Positions 13,624-28,574 of a stretch of 64,000 bases of DNA are shown here, piece after piece. The notes beneath the pieces were generated by a model that was not told the origin of the DNA, made no database searches, and worked only from the letters and a program-made list of their open reading frames with translations. The translations under genes were made by a program, and so were the position numbers. The DNA comes from Octopus sinensis (Eukaryota), in assembly GCF_006345805.1 (NCBI RefSeq), contig NC_043004.1, positions 76,074,001 through 76,138,000 on the forward strand. Direction: 5' to 3'. Every line of letters begins with the position of its first letter. The stretch's first letter is position 1.

Positions 13624-14454
13624 TATATATAGATATATATATATGTATGTATGTATGTATATATAGACATATGTATATATATAAGGCTTGACTATATAAT
13701 TAAGCAGTTTACTTGTGGGCCATATGCTGGTGGATTTGATGCTATTGAGCAGTATTTTGGTCACCAAATGCCAAAATATGGACAAATGCCATTTGTGGGG
13801 AATTTGGAGACAGAAGTACAAGGTGTGTGTGTGTGTGTGGAGAAAGCTTAAGTCTGAGAAGCTCCTTTGCTCTTGTCTTGTAGAAAGACAGGGCAACATC
13901 TCTGGTGCTGGTGCCATGATAAAATGTTCTCTGTAAGGTGGTTGGTACAAGGAAGGGCGTTGAGATATAGAAATCAGGCCCAAACACCCACTCTGACCTG
14001 TCTGTGAAGGCAGTGGCTTCCAATGAAAAATGACTTGGATCATGACAACTAACCCATGCTGGCAGGAATGGCTGTGTGGTTAAGAAGCCTGCTTTGCAAC
14101 CATGACGTTCTGAGTTCAGTTCCACTGCATGGCACCTTGGGCAGGTGTTTTTAACTATAGCCCCCAGACTGACCAATGCCTTCTGAGTGAATTTCACAGA
14201 GGGAAAACTGTGTGGAAGCCCCCTTATGTGCGTGTGTGCATGTGACTGTCACCACCACCTCCACTGCTTGAACAGTGTTGGTTTGTTGATGTCCCTGTAA
14301 GTTAGCAGTTTGGTAAAAGAGACCAATAGATTAAGTGTCAGATTTCAAGTCCTGGGGGTTGCTTTGTTTGGCTAAAATCATTCAAGGCAGTGCTCCAGTA
14401 TGGACATAGTCCAATGAGTGAAAGAATTGAAAGATAAAAGCTAAGACGATGATT

Positions 14455-14855
14455 ACTCTCTCACACACATACACACACACACACACATCCATCCATATAT
14501 ATACACATACATCCATACACACATGTACACTCATCCACACACACATCCACAGATACACATCCATATATACACACACACATTCAGTCATCCACACACACAC
14601 ACATCCACAAACACACACATATCAATACTCATGCACACACACAAACATCCACATACACATTCACACGCATACACATCCATACACACACATCCACATGCAC
14701 ACACATCCACACACACACATCCATACACACACATCCATAAACACACACACACATCCACACGCACACACATCCACCCACACATACACATCCATACACACAC
14801 ACATCCGTATACACACATCCATACACACACACATCCACACACACACATATACACA
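14455..14855 (+). repeat. (CA)n-derived minisatellite (acatccacacacac units)
   Basis: Direct reading. Similar (CA)n/(TA)n complexes at about 13490-13680, 15960-16330, 16915-17240, 19860-20050, 21450-21725, 56555-57040 and 57725-57900. Confidence 0.9.
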
Positions 14856-15232
14856 TATTTGCGTATTTGAGTGGGGATGCACGTATGCAAACACATTCGG
14901 CGTGTACACTTGTATGAGACTGTGCAAGCCTAGGCTTATGTAGTTATGTAGAAATACAGGAATAAACGCATGTGCGTGAGTGCATGCTGTCATAGATTCA
15001 TGTAGGTATCTCTGAAGTGCCACACACATGTGGCGCTTTGCATATATTGGTTTGTTTATATAGTAATATAAAACTGTATACAAGTAGAGGGCCTAGCAGC
15101 CTGTGTGTGTGTGTGTGTGTGTGTTGAATAGAAACGTGTATGTCAACTGGTTTTATATATGTATGTGTGTGCGTACGCATTTGTATTTATTTAGCTGGAT
15201 GTGTAATTATATAGGTGTATTTATTATAAAAC

Positions 15233-15264
<32 letters not shown>

Positions 15265-15278
15265 TATATATACATACA

Positions 15279-15310
<32 letters not shown>

Positions 15311-15615
15311 CACACACACATGCATACATATGCACATGTATGTCAGTGTTTATACTAATGGAAGTGTTACAGTATAAACATACATGTGTGCATATATTAA
15401 GGTGTGTATAAATATACACATACTTTTAATACAGAATACAAACGCCCACATGTAACATAGACACAAGGCACAGCTGTGCGGTTAAGCAGCTCACTTTGCA
15501 ACCACGTGGACCCAGGTTCAACCCCATTGCGTAGCAACTTGGGCTACTATAGCCCCAAGCTAACCAATGCTTTGTAAGTGAATTTTTGTAGATGAAAACT
15601 GTGTTGAAGCCCATC

Positions 15616-15667
<52 letters not shown>

Positions 15668-16026
15668 CTTTATGAAACCAGTGTTAGTTTGTTTATGTCA
15701 CCATAGCATAGAAGCAAGGTAAAAAGACCAATAGAATAAGGCCTTGGGTCGATTTGTTTAATTAAACCATTCATGATCATGCTCCAGTATGGCCACAGTC
15801 TAATGTGCGTGTGTGTGTGTGTTTCATATGTTTAAATTAAGGTGTGTATATGAAGTTGGATAAACAGAGAAAAGAACAGGTTATAGAATTGTGTATATCA
15901 TTCTTTAATAAATATCTGTGTGTGTATATAGAGATATATGCCTGTGTGTATGTATGCACATGTGTGTGAGTATGTGTGTGTGTGTATCTCAACAATTATG
16001 AATTCGCGAGGTATGTGTGTGTGTGT

Positions 16027-16064
<38 letters not shown>

Positions 16065-16997
16065 TGTATGTATGCATGAGTGAATGTGTGTTTGTGTGTG
16101 TTTAGTGTCAGATTAAACAGACCTATTGATACATCTTCATATGACAACACGTGTGTGTGTGTGTGTGTGCGCGTTTGTGTGTGTGTATGTATGTGTATGT
16201 GTATGAGGACACGAATGTACACACACACACACACAAATACACACTCATACATGTAACTGAGTTCTGTGTATGTAGGTGACTGTGTATGCAACTTGACTGA
16301 GGAAATACACACACACACACACACACACACCTATATATGAATGCCTATATAAAAGGCAACAGGGTAGGAACTACCAGTTACTATGAAGGGTAAAAGAAGG
16401 AAGTGGGGTGGGCGCCTGATAGCAAGGGAATTATGTGGGTGGTTGAGTAAAAAAAAAGACAGAGTGAGGGGGAGGGAGAGAGAGAGAGAGAGAGGGGAGG
16501 GGGAAAATTACAGAAGCAGAGACAGAAAAGAGGGGTGGGGAGGGGGCCGGCGGTGTTGATACTTGGCACTTTTCAGGGTGGGGATTATTGTAAAGATAAA
16601 CAGATTATTCATAGAAATTAAAGAAAAGAAAAACAAATCTATAGAAAATAACACCCTGCTATACACACACACACACACACACACACGTGTGTGTAGGCTA
16701 TTATGTATTCTTTTACTTGTTTCAGTCATTTGACTGTGGCCATGCTGGAGCACCGCCTTTAGTGGAGCAAATTGACCTCAGGACTTATTCTTTGGAAGCC
16801 TAGTACTTATTCTATTGGTCTCTTTTGCGGAACCGCTAAGTTACGGGGACGTAAGCACACTAGCATACACACACATACATATATTGTGATTTTTCTTAAT
16901 GTTTTGGGGATTATCTATCTGTATATATATGTATATATATATGTATATATATGTATATATATATGTATATATATATGTATATATATGTATATATATA

Positions 16998-17053
<56 letters not shown>

Positions 17054-17063
17054 ATATATATAT

Positions 17064-17114
<51 letters not shown>

Positions 17115-17464
17115 TATATACATATATATACATATATATATACATATATTATATACATATATATAAATGTATATATATATGTATATACATATATATATAC
17201 ATATATATATATACATACACACACACACACATATATATATATTTGGGTGTGTGTTTGTGCTTGTCCTCCACCATCGTGGATAACCAATATTGGTTTGTTT
17301 ACATCCCGATAACATAGCGATTTGGCAAAAGAGAGCAATAGAATAAGTACTAGGCTTACAGAGAATAAATCCTGGGGTCAATTTGTTTGACGAAAGGTGG
17401 TGCTCCAGCATGACCGCAGTCAAAATGACTGAAACAAGTACATGAATATATAAATAAATGAATA

Positions 17465-17612
17465 GGCGCAGGTGTGGCCGTATGGTAAGAAACTTGCTTC
17501 CCAACCAAATGGATCTGGGTTCACTTTCAATGCATGACACCTTGGGCAAGTATCTTCTGCTATAGCTTTTGGCTGATCAAAAGCCTTGTGAGTGGATTTG
17601 GTAGATGGAAAC
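17465..17612 (+). mobile_element. SINE 'family A' 5' part (tRNA-like head gtggctgtgtggtaagaagcttgcttcccaacc), representative copy
   Basis: Further copies at about 11635, 14060, 21910, 30025, 35795, 58820 and 63850 (plus) and 7950, 10295, 15430, 53815 and 59150 (minus). Often followed by (TA)n/(TG)n. Confidence 0.85.
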
Positions 17613-18656
17613 TCTTCATATATATATGTGTGTATATGTATATTTGTGTTTGTGTGTTTGTGTATACAAGAATCTCCTGCTTTATGGAAACTCTGGTCAT
17701 GGAATTCCACACTTATGTAAATTGCAAAGTACGACCATTAATTTGAGGATCGTCTGTAGTTGACTGGCATGTGCCACAACTAAGGGCCACTCTATAGTGG
17801 CTGTGGTAAGGTTTGAATTCCTGAACACTCATTAAATAACGCAAACCACTGAAGAAGATGAAAGTGAGGGTTTGGATGATAATAATGGCACATTATACAA
17901 AGTAGCAGTAGTAGCCTCAGTAGCAGCAGTTTAACCCTGATTGAGCTAATCTACATTGTTCCAGCCTTGATCAAACATCTTCACTTTTTATGTATCTCAG
18001 AGCCTACGTAATCCAATATGCCCTCACTTCTATATAGATCACAGGATGCAATCTGAGGGAGATTTAGCTACTGTTTTACTCATGGTGAGTGGCTGCATGG
18101 AAGCATCGTAATAAATGCTATAAACTATAGTGATGATGCTAATGATGATGATGGATACAACTCAAAAAGTATCCCTCAAAACTTCTGTTCTTATCCCCTC
18201 CATCCATCCACCTGCCCACCCACTCACACACAGAATGTCAAAAGAAATCTATTAAGACTCCAAACAAACTCCTCTCTGTCTGTCTGTCTGTCTCTCTTTT
18301 TTGTTTTGGCAAACCCATCCATTCCCTCCAGCTTCCATCAGAAACTTCTAAAACACTGACTAATTCTTTGGCATCATGCTGCTGCTGCTCGTTGTGTGTA
18401 GCTGAGTCACAGAGATTCATGTCTTTTAAACAGATAGCAGCTAAATCGAGAAAAATGGTAACTAAAAACAGAGATTTGTTACCTTTGCATTAGACAAAAT
18501 GGCAAAGTGCCAGTTTCGTGTTTTGAGTTCCTCATTCTGAATGAAAATAGTTTACCAAAGTAGGAAGGTGCTGAACAGGATCAATCGGTTTTTGAAGTGG
18601 GAATAAAAAATGGTCTCCAATTCCAACTCCCTCGTCCTCTCATCCATGAGAATGAC

Positions 18657-18701
<45 letters not shown>

Positions 18702-18929
18702 GACTGTGTATATGTATGTATCATCATCATCATTTAACGTTCATTTTCTCATGCTGGCATGGGTCAGGTGGAATTTTTTGAGGCAGATTTTCTACGGCTG
18801 GATGCCCTTCATGGCACCAACCCTCCCCTGTTTCCAAAGAAGGTAATATTTCCCCATGACCAGACTGAAAATATATGACACCACATGATGATAACATTTC
18901 CTTACAGCTAATGCAAGGACACACACACA

Positions 18930-18970
<41 letters not shown>

Positions 18971-18988
18971 TAATGCACACACACACAC

Positions 18989-19860
18989 AAGCTGTACCTT
19001 GAAATCAAGAGGACAGATCCTGATGTCTACAACTCTTTCCTGCAATCAGACCTAGACACAATGCAGCAATGGATCACAGACTGGCAACTGAAACTGGCTG
19101 TGGACAAGTGTACCACCATGCATTTTGGGAGAAAAAACCCTGCGTTCACATACTCCCTCCACAACACTGATATCAAGAAATCCTCTTGCGAGCGTGACCT
19201 AGGCATCACTGTCAGCAGTGATCTGCGTTGGTCAAAGCATATCTCTAAGATTGTCAGGAAGGCCGAGGGTGTCTTGGCATCACTCAGCAGGTCTTTTGTT
19301 AGCCGCTCTCCAGCCATCTATTTAAAACTGTATACAGCTATGGTACGACCACACTTGGAATTCGCATCATCAGTTTGGAACCCCTATCTTGCACAGAACA
19401 TTGACCTCCTGGAATCTGTCCAGAGACGTGCAACCAAACGCATACCCTCCATCAGACACCTACCATATTCTGAGCGCCTTGTTTCCCTGGGCATGGATTC
19501 ACTGAAGCTCCGGCGTTTGGCGACGGACTTGGTAAACACCCACAAAGTTATCAACCACCTCACCAACAACAACACTGAACACCTTTTTGATCTCCATGTG
19601 TCTAACACACGTGGACATGCCTACAAAGTCAGAAAACAATACAGCTCCCATGACTTTCGGAAACATTTTTTCACGCTCAGAGTTGCTGAAGCATGGAATA
19701 AACTGCCTGCGTCAGTTGTTGATTGCCATGACACTGCATCTTTTAAGGCCCTCATGCTTTCCGAAATCCGCCGAAACTTCACCTGATTATATATACACTT
19801 TAGATGAGTTGTAGTGCACCTGAGCACTGTACACAATTATTATTATTATTATTATTATTA
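18989..19860 (+). mobile_element. 5'-truncated CR1/L2-clade LINE (RT C-terminus, 3' UTR, (ATT)n tail)
   Basis: Open frame 18989-19786: KLYLEI...LQSDLD...W...WQLKLAVDKC...ERDLGI...YTAMVRPHLEFASSVWNP...LESVQRRATK...FFTLRVAEAWNKLP. It starts just after where the YADD-like motif would be. Confidence 0.92.
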
Positions 19861-19941
19861 TATACACATATATATATAAATACACACACATGTATACATA
19901 TATATATATATTATATATATATAAACACACATATTCATACA

Positions 19942-19997
<56 letters not shown>

Positions 19998-20339
19998 ATA
20001 TACACACATATATATACATATATGTGTATACACACACACACACACACACCACATATAAATATACATACATATAACTACATGCATGGATGCATAATGCATA
20101 TATACATAGAAAGATTAAAAGGTATTTATAAAAAGTTTAATAAAAGAAAAAAAAGAAAAAAACTATCGTTCCATTTTCTCCACCAAAATTTCTGAGATTA
20201 TGAGGAATTGCATTTGGCTGAGTTAAAAAACATTTAAATTCCACCAATTAGAGATAAGAATGAGTGAAATTAAAGAGTTTGATGCCATTCCTTTGAGAAG
20301 GAACCAGGCCTAATATAGATGTTCTTTTGAGACCTGGGA

Positions 20340-21214
20340 AACTGGGTGCTGCTGCTGCTGGTGGTGGGGATGATGGTGGTGGAGGTGATGGTGGTGGAGG
20401 TGATGATGATGATGGTGGTGGTGGTGATGATGATAGTGGTGGTGGTGGTGGTAATGGGGGAAGAGTTGGTATTAATGATCAAGGTGGTGCTAGTGGTGGT
20501 GGTGGTGATGGGTGGGCTTTTTGGCATTAACGGTCAAGGTGGTGATGATGATGATGGTGGTGATGGTGACGGTGTTAGTAATAATGTTGTTGGTGGTTGT
20601 GGTGGTAGGGTTGGTATTAATGGTGGAGGTGGTGGTGGTGGTGGTGGTGGTGTATTTATTGATGGTGGTAGTGGCCATGGTGTGAATAATAATCTTGTTG
20701 TTGATGTTGGTGGTGCTGGTGAAAGGGGGTGGGGCTGGTAACAATATTGGCAGTGGTGGTGTTATCATGATGATAGTGATGGTGATGATGATGACAAGTG
20801 TTGCTTTTGTTGTTGTTGCTGTTGGTGGTGGTGGTGGTGAGGGTCAAGATTGGTTTTTAATGAGGGTGGTGGTGGTATTGACAGTAGTGGTTGTCATGGT
20901 GATAGCAGTGATGATGATGATGATGATAGCAGAGGGGGTGAGTCTTAGCAGTGGATATAGTAGTAGGAGTGGTATCAACAGTGGTGGTCACATTGGTGGT
21001 GGTGATGGTAACAGGTGTAATATCAATGGTGGTGGCAGCAGCACCGGGGATAGGGATGGTAGGTTGTAGTGAGAGCAGTGATAGTGGTGGTGGTGGTGGT
21101 GGTGGTGGTGGTGGTGGTGGTAGTGGCAGGCATGGCATTAATGGTGGTTTTGGTGGTGGCCATGGTGATAATGTTGGTGGTGGTTGCACCGACAATGGTG
21201 CGGGGTGGCAGTAG
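20340..21214 (+). repeat. (GGT/GAT)n-rich low-complexity region with a recurring GG[TC]AT[TC]AA[TC] motif
   Basis: Gly-rich reading in shifting frames; no continuous ORF. Confidence 0.8.
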
Positions 21215-23230
21215 GTTGGAGTAGAAAAAGATGATGGGTGAGATGCAAAAGCAAAAATGCATTTAGCTCGTTACTAATTTGTTTGAATTTATTTATCACA
21301 CTTAGTCAAACGATGTGGAATTTTCAACGTAGATAATTTCAGTGAGGAACACAAGACAACAACAACAACAACAGCAACAAATGCTAATGTCTTACAGACG
21401 AGCAAACCTAAATCAACAAAAAAATACCAATTCCAAACTCTTTAAATATGTTTATACACACACACAAACACACATACACACACAAACACACATACACACA
21501 CAAACACACATACACACACATACACACACATACACACACAAACACACATACACACACAAACACACATACATACACAAACACATGTGCATGCGCACATACA
21601 CACACACACATACATACACAAACACATGTGCATGCGCACATACACACACACAAGCACATGTACAACACAGGAATGCACACACACACATGCATGTACACAC
21701 GCACACATGTGCACACGCACACACATCTTTCTTTTATCTTCCATTAATTTCCATCTTTGGACTGCATTCATGCTGAGACGGCAGTAGTGATTTTCTCTGT
21801 TGGTTTTTTTTGCCGAACTGCTATGCTAAGGGGATGTAAACAAACCAACATTGATTGTCAAGTGATATAGGGACAAACACAAAGGCAAGCACACACACAG
21901 ACATAGATACAGGTGTGGCTGTGTAGTAAGAAGTTTGCTTCCCAACCACATGGTTATGGGTTTAATCCCACTGGATTGTACCTTGGGCAAGTGTCCCCAC
22001 GACTTAGCAGTTCAGCAAAATAAGAGACCAATAAAATAAGTACCAGGCTTAACCCCACCCCCAAAAAGCAACTTCTGGGTTGATTTATTTGGTTAAAAAC
22101 CTCTTCAAGGCAGTGCTCCAGCATGGCCGCAGTCTAAGGAGTGAAGCAATTAAAAGATAAAAGATACACACACACACACACAGAGTCCGAAAACAGCATT
22201 GTACTTCAATTGTTTGTTTTGGTATGGTCACTATGGCTGGATGCCCTTCCCAATACCAACCACTTTACAGAGTGTACTGGGTGCTTTTTAAGTGGCACCA
22301 GCACCAGTGAGGTTACTGAACTACCTGTTAGACAAAGATCTCCTTTGAATGAGTGATGTTATAGTTTATGGGGAGGGGATATTATATTTGGAGATGAGGG
22401 GTTAAATTAAGAGAGAAGGGACCAGAATGGAACAGGGTTTTTTGCTGTGGCAGAACTATTTGAGGGTGAGAGTAGTTGGTAGGTGGAACTGGAGAGAGAT
22501 AAAAATAGGATGATGAAGTGTCAGGGGAAGGGCTCCTTAAGATATGGAGTGGGGACAATAGAGAAGGAAGTGTGAGTGTGTGGAGGTTGTAAGAATGTGT
22601 GGGGCACATTGAGAGATAGTTAGATATCGGGGAATGGGTGGGGAAGTGAATATAGAGAAGAATAAGTGTTGGGTGGGAATAAGGAGGGAAGGTAAGGAAG
22701 AGGGGGGAAAGTAGGTGACAATTGTAAAAATTAGAGTTGCAAGTTGGTCAATAAGATCTGAGTGAGATGGAGGAGAAGACTGCTGGTGAAGAAAGGTGGT
22801 GGTAGGGGGAGTGAACAGCAGCAGAGTATTAATAATTATAGTAAAAATGATAGACAGAGGAAAAGAGAGGATGAGAGAAAGAGAGTTAGATAAATAGATA
22901 GAGGAAGGGAAATGCTGCATAGGTTGTAAGAGTGTGGGGTAGGTATAGTGAATGAGGAGAGGGAGAGATATATAGTGGTGGAGGGGAGATAACTTGGTTG
23001 CTCAATGAGTGATCAATGTAAAATGTGGGTGGAGAGGACAGCATGTATGAATTAGTATTTTACATATATACACACACAACATACACATGCATATATATAC
23101 ATATACATATATATATGCATAATACACACACACATATATATATACATATTCATATAAAGCATATTACTCTACCTCTGGTATTCGAGTACTATTTTTTTCC
23201 ACTTTGATTCACATTTATGTGCTTACTCTG

Positions 23231-23275
<45 letters not shown>

Positions 23276-23650
23276 CACATACACGCACATTTCAACATAC
23301 ATATGTACATGCACACACACACACGTGTATACATATCAAAACAGAAGACCGGAAAAATTTAACACATTTTTATACATGCATGTATACATAAATACATACA
23401 TATGTAGAAATATAACATATATGCAAATACACACACACACAAATACACACGTGCATATTTTCTTCACTGCTATGGTGGAAGGTATTTGTCTGAAATACAG
23501 CACAGTGGGTCCATTTGATTACAAATTGAAATTCTTAGGAACAACAGAGCTTTTGGTCTCAGAAGATATAGGGGGTGGGGGATAAAGCCGAGTATTGTAA
23601 GGTATTTGTCTTGTGTCAGCACTGTACCCTTGTGTGTGTGTGTGGGTGCA

Positions 23651-23685
<35 letters not shown>

Positions 23686-24015
23686 TTTATTCATAAATGT
23701 AGTGTTTGTGTGTGTGAGGTGAATGTTCTTCATACACATGTATGGCCAAATACTCTAATGAGTGTGACGCATACACTCTCATACACACAGAGTTGAAATG
23801 AGAGAGGGAGATGGGGGGAAAGAGAATGGGGGAGGGAGAGAGAGAGAGAGGAGCGAGAGAGGGGGGAATATAGCAATGGTAGGGGGGAGAAGCTTTCTGT
23901 ATAGTTTGGAAAGGTGACAGATCTAAATTAGTCTGGCAAATGGAAGGGAACAACATCTACACCCCCAACTTCACCCCGCTCCACTTGACCTAATAAACAC
24001 ACATACACACACATG

Positions 24016-24046
<31 letters not shown>

Positions 24047-24512
24047 TGACAGACACTCGCACACACAATTGGTAATGTTGGAAGTAGAAAAAAAACAACA
24101 ACCCAAAAACAAGAAAAAAACTGTGAGAGATATGTTGTTAACATGTCTGAAATAGTAAAAATGGGAAGAAAGTGTAAATCTTGAAAAGGTCATAAGAATT
24201 TGGTGCAGTCAATCAAATAAGCACACACACACACACACAAGTAGGTATACATATAGATATATGCATACATATTTTGGTTTATACATACTTATGCCAGAAT
24301 ACACAAGCATGCACGCGTGCATGCACACACACACACACACACAGAATATAGATATTCATGAGGCTGAAAATATATGATATTGGAATACCAGCTCAGTAAT
24401 TATATATACGCATGTATATATATATATATATATATATACTCAGACACAAGTATATACGCACACAAACATCTCTTTCTCTCTGTATGTAATGTACGTGTAT
24501 ATATATGTATAT

Positions 24513-24562
<50 letters not shown>

Positions 24563-25251
24563 TTAAAGTCACAAGTACTCATTAATATACAGTTAGGTAT
24601 ACGCACACATTTGAGTGTAACTATGCATAAACCGGTTTGTCTATGCATTTATACACGTAAACTCTCATCTAACATTAAACACACACCCTGATATATATAT
24701 CTGTGTACAAACACCACATACAATTAACTTCAGATTGTGATGTATCAGTCATATGTCTAGATTCCCTATCAGTTTTATATAATAATTAAGCAATTAGAAA
24801 ATATGGCTCTTCTTTCCAAAATACTATAAGAATAATTTTTCTTGATCATAACCTTTTGATTTTTTAGAAGTTTTTCTTTTAGAAGTTTTTCTTTTAGAAG
24901 TTTTCCAATTGACCGAGATCACACCAATCTCCTAGAACAGGACACTGGTCCCTTGCAGGATTCAAGCCCGACAATTTTGAAAGGAAGGAACAAGTCGATT
25001 CCATCGATCCCCAGTGTTTTGACTGGTACTTTATTTTATCGACCCCAAAAGAGATGAAAGGTAAAGTTGACCTTGGTGGGATTTGAACTGAGAATGCTGC
25101 TAAGCATTTTCTCTGACATGCAAATGGTTTTGTCTGCTTACCACTTTATTAACCATGTTAGGGCCCTGAAATTCCTGAAAAGCAAAAAACATTAAATATT
25201 TTCAGTTAATCATTATTAAGGTGTGCACTGGTAACCATCACAGATTCTTAC

Positions 25252-25869
25252 CTCGGTTGATGTAATTGAAGGCAACCAGATTATCTCTATTGCCATACCA
25301 TATTTCCAGTTCATCAATAGCAAAGTTAGGGTTAGCTCCATAACCAGCACTTGGTGCTCCGATATAGAATTCCTTATTTCCTGTAAGGCTTCTATCAAAG
25401 TTGACACCGTCAGAGTATCCGACAAGCTCGTTATTAATGTACATTTTTAATCCTGTATCTGGATGCCAGGAAAGTTCAACAAAGTGCCAAGTGTCCATTT
25501 CCGGGTTAGGAACTTGGATTTTCCATTTCTTTTTCGAATTAATGAAGATCACGTGTAAATAACCATTATCTTGGTACATTGATATTCCTCCATCACCTGA
25601 AGCAAAGTAATGCATGTTGTTATGGTAATTCCCAAACTTCATCCAACTGGACAGCAAAAATCCATGCGTACATTTGTCAAGGTTTCCAAAACAGACGTCG
25701 TCAAGTCGGCCAAAGTTCAAATACTGCCCGCTCTCGTTGAAATTTAAAGCATATCCAATTCTTCCTGGGATCTGGTGTGGGTTACCTTCGGCCATGATGT
25801 AGAGCTTATCATGGGTTAATACGTTACCATCAATTTTGTCCATGTCTATGAGGTAATTGGTTGGTCGAC
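25252..25869 (-). CDS. Coding exon: complete LamG/pentraxin-like domain 4 (last exon recognised; the gene probably continues past position 1)
   Basis: Acceptor tctttcattacag|GT and donor CGA G|GTAAGA; 618 nt, phase 1-1. Encodes GRIGYALNF...VCFGNLDKCTHGFLLSSW...WHFVELSWHPDTGLKMYINN...FYIG...IDELEIW...YINRG. Confidence 0.93.
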
Positions 25870-28056
25870 CTGTAATGAAAGATACAAACATAAATGAGAA
25901 AAGAAAGAATCATTTCTTCAAAAACAAAAAAAAAATAAATAAAATACTGCAAGTTGCTAAACGGAGAATAGGAGAAGGGAAAACCAGATTTAAATAGACC
26001 CACAGTGCAACTTTTTTAGATGGTCTTTGTGGCCAGGTGGTGTATGCCATAGATCAGGTTAATAAGATCACTTGATGGTTCCAGTTTCAATCCTCACTAA
26101 AAGCAGTGTTTTGTAAACACATAAAAAGCAACATCTGAATGTGTTCATTGCCAGGCTTGCCTTACTGGCTCCGGTGCTGGTAGCACATAAAAATCACCAT
26201 CTGAATTTTGTTATTTTTACGTGAATCGCTACCCCATTATTGCCCCACTTTTTACATGAATCGCTACACCATTATTGCCCCACGTAAAGAGCATCATTCG
26301 GGCATAGTCATTGCCAGTGCCGCCTGATTGGCTCCCATGCTAGTGGCACATAAAAAGCACCATTTTGAGCATGGTTGTTACCTGTGCTGCCTGACTGGCC
26401 CTCAAGCTGGTGGCACATAAAAAGCAACCACTACACTTTCAGAGTGGTTGGTGTTAGGAAAGGCATCCAGCTGTAGAAACTTTTCCAGATGAGATTGGAG
26501 CCTGGTGCAGCCTTCTGGCTTGCCAGCCCTCTGTCAAATCGTCCAACCCATGCCAGCATAGAAAACGGACGTTAAACGATGATGATGATGATGATGAAAT
26601 ACAAGTGGTGTGTCATTAACAAAAGTGGTTGAGTAGCAGGTGACAAGGGAGACAACTCAATTAGCGGACCAAAGAAGTTTTGGAAATGTTTTCTTTGAAC
26701 CCAAGGGACTTGCTTTTGGAGATATTCCTGGGATTACCCAATTGGCACTCTGTCAGTTATGATGATAAGGGGTCATGTTCATCCGATCAATGGAACAGCC
26801 CGCTCCTGAAATTAATGTGCAAGTGGCTGATTCTTCCACAGCCACATGTCCCCTTAATGTAGTTATCAGGGAGATTCAGCGTGACACAATGTGACAAGGT
26901 GGCCCTTTTGAATTACAGGTACATCTCAATTTTGTCAGCTGAGTGGACTGGAGCAATGCGATACAAAAGTGTCTCGCTTAAGGACAGAATGCACTGCAGA
27001 GTATTGAAGTCATGACCTTATAATTATTTCTTTATTGCCCAAAAGGGGCTAAACACAGAAAGGACAAACAAGGACAGACAAACGGATTAAGTCGATTATA
27101 TCGACCCCAGTGAACTGGTACTTATTTAATCGACCCTGAAAGGATGAAAGGCAAAGTCGTGCTCAGTGGAGTTTGAGCTCAGAACGTTGCGGCAGACGAA
27201 ATACCGCTAAGCCTTTCGTCCAGCATCCTAACGATTCCGCCAGCTCACCGCCTTACCCTAACTACTAAACACTTTTATAGAAGATTTCTAAGGCTTCTGG
27301 CATAACTTGTTGATTTCTTTCCATTTCATAAACACATGTACAGACGCATACCACAAACACACACACAGATGCATACCACATACATACACACACACATCGG
27401 GCAATACAAAATGTCTTATTTCTGTTACTTTAGTCGTGACATCTGGAAGCAATGAGATCTTCTATTTCATTTTAGCATAAAAAGTATGTCTCAAATGATT
27501 TCTGTCTATCTATCCAGACACGTATATTCCCTATCTAGCTACATCACTCTCTATTTATCTAGTCAACCATCCATCATTCGAACCGTCTGTCTGTCCATCC
27601 ATGTATGTCTATCTATCAATTAATCTGTTTTCACCAACCCATTTGTCAATCTAGTCATTATTCAGTTTTAAAAGGGTAACATTGATATGAATTTAAACAC
27701 CATGACATAAAATAATCTGCAAAGAAAGATGGAAAAGAAACACAATTGATGGTTATTTTACCTTAAGTATTGGAAAGATACCTTCCAAGTGATCATGTCA
27801 AAAATGAGAAAAGACTTTCTTTCCAACCGAAATTTTTTTCATCCATCCTGCTAATCTTTCTGTTCATCCATTCATCTATCCATTTCCCTCCATATATTCA
27901 TCTGCCTTTCCACTTGTTTATCAACCAATCTATCCATCTGTATATCTTTGTACCCAATCATCATTTTATTCATTCATCCATTTATTTATTCATCTACCCA
28001 TCTAGTACTTATCCATCCACCTTCCCACCCATATACCTACATAACTACATACAAAC

Positions 28057-28102
<46 letters not shown>

Positions 28103-28133
28103 TTATCTAATTATATATCTATCAATCTAATTA

Positions 28134-28231
<98 letters not shown>

Positions 28232-28315
28232 CCCATCTATCTATCTGTCTGTCTACCCATCCATCCATCCATCCATTCAACCATCCATCCATCCATCCAT
28301 CCACCCAGCTACCAG

Positions 28316-28373
<58 letters not shown>

Positions 28374-28418
28374 CGTTTACCTACTTTCTGCCTACCCAAC
28401 GGGTCTCCTCCTCCTCAC

Positions 28419-28574
28419 CAGTTTGTCTAATATTAAAGTTGTTCAAGTTAGGCACCCAAGGTAGAAGCAGTTTTGTTTGTACAACTGGACGTGGGTGTGC
28501 AGAGAAACAGGTTAGTGATTCCATCTGTTTTAGATCAGGTTCTTCTTCAAGCAACTTTTCATATCTTTCTCTTG
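28419..28574 (-). other. Candidate 156-nt phase 1-1 cassette exon
   Basis: Weak acceptor atttcataag|CA and donor ACT G|GTGAGG. Open in the gene's phase (ARERYEKLLEEEPDLKQMESLTC...NIRQT). No recognisable domain. Confidence 0.2.

Noticed and set aside
12110-17549. Many long ORFs rich in IY, CV, HT or LSIY dipeptides
   Set aside because: They are translations of (TA)n, (TG)n, (CA)n and (CTAT)n microsatellites, which lack stops in some frames.
22350-23030. Purine- and G-rich stretch with possible G-quadruplexes
   Set aside because: Degenerate (GA)/(GGA) low-complexity DNA of a kind common in this window, with nothing specific to support function.
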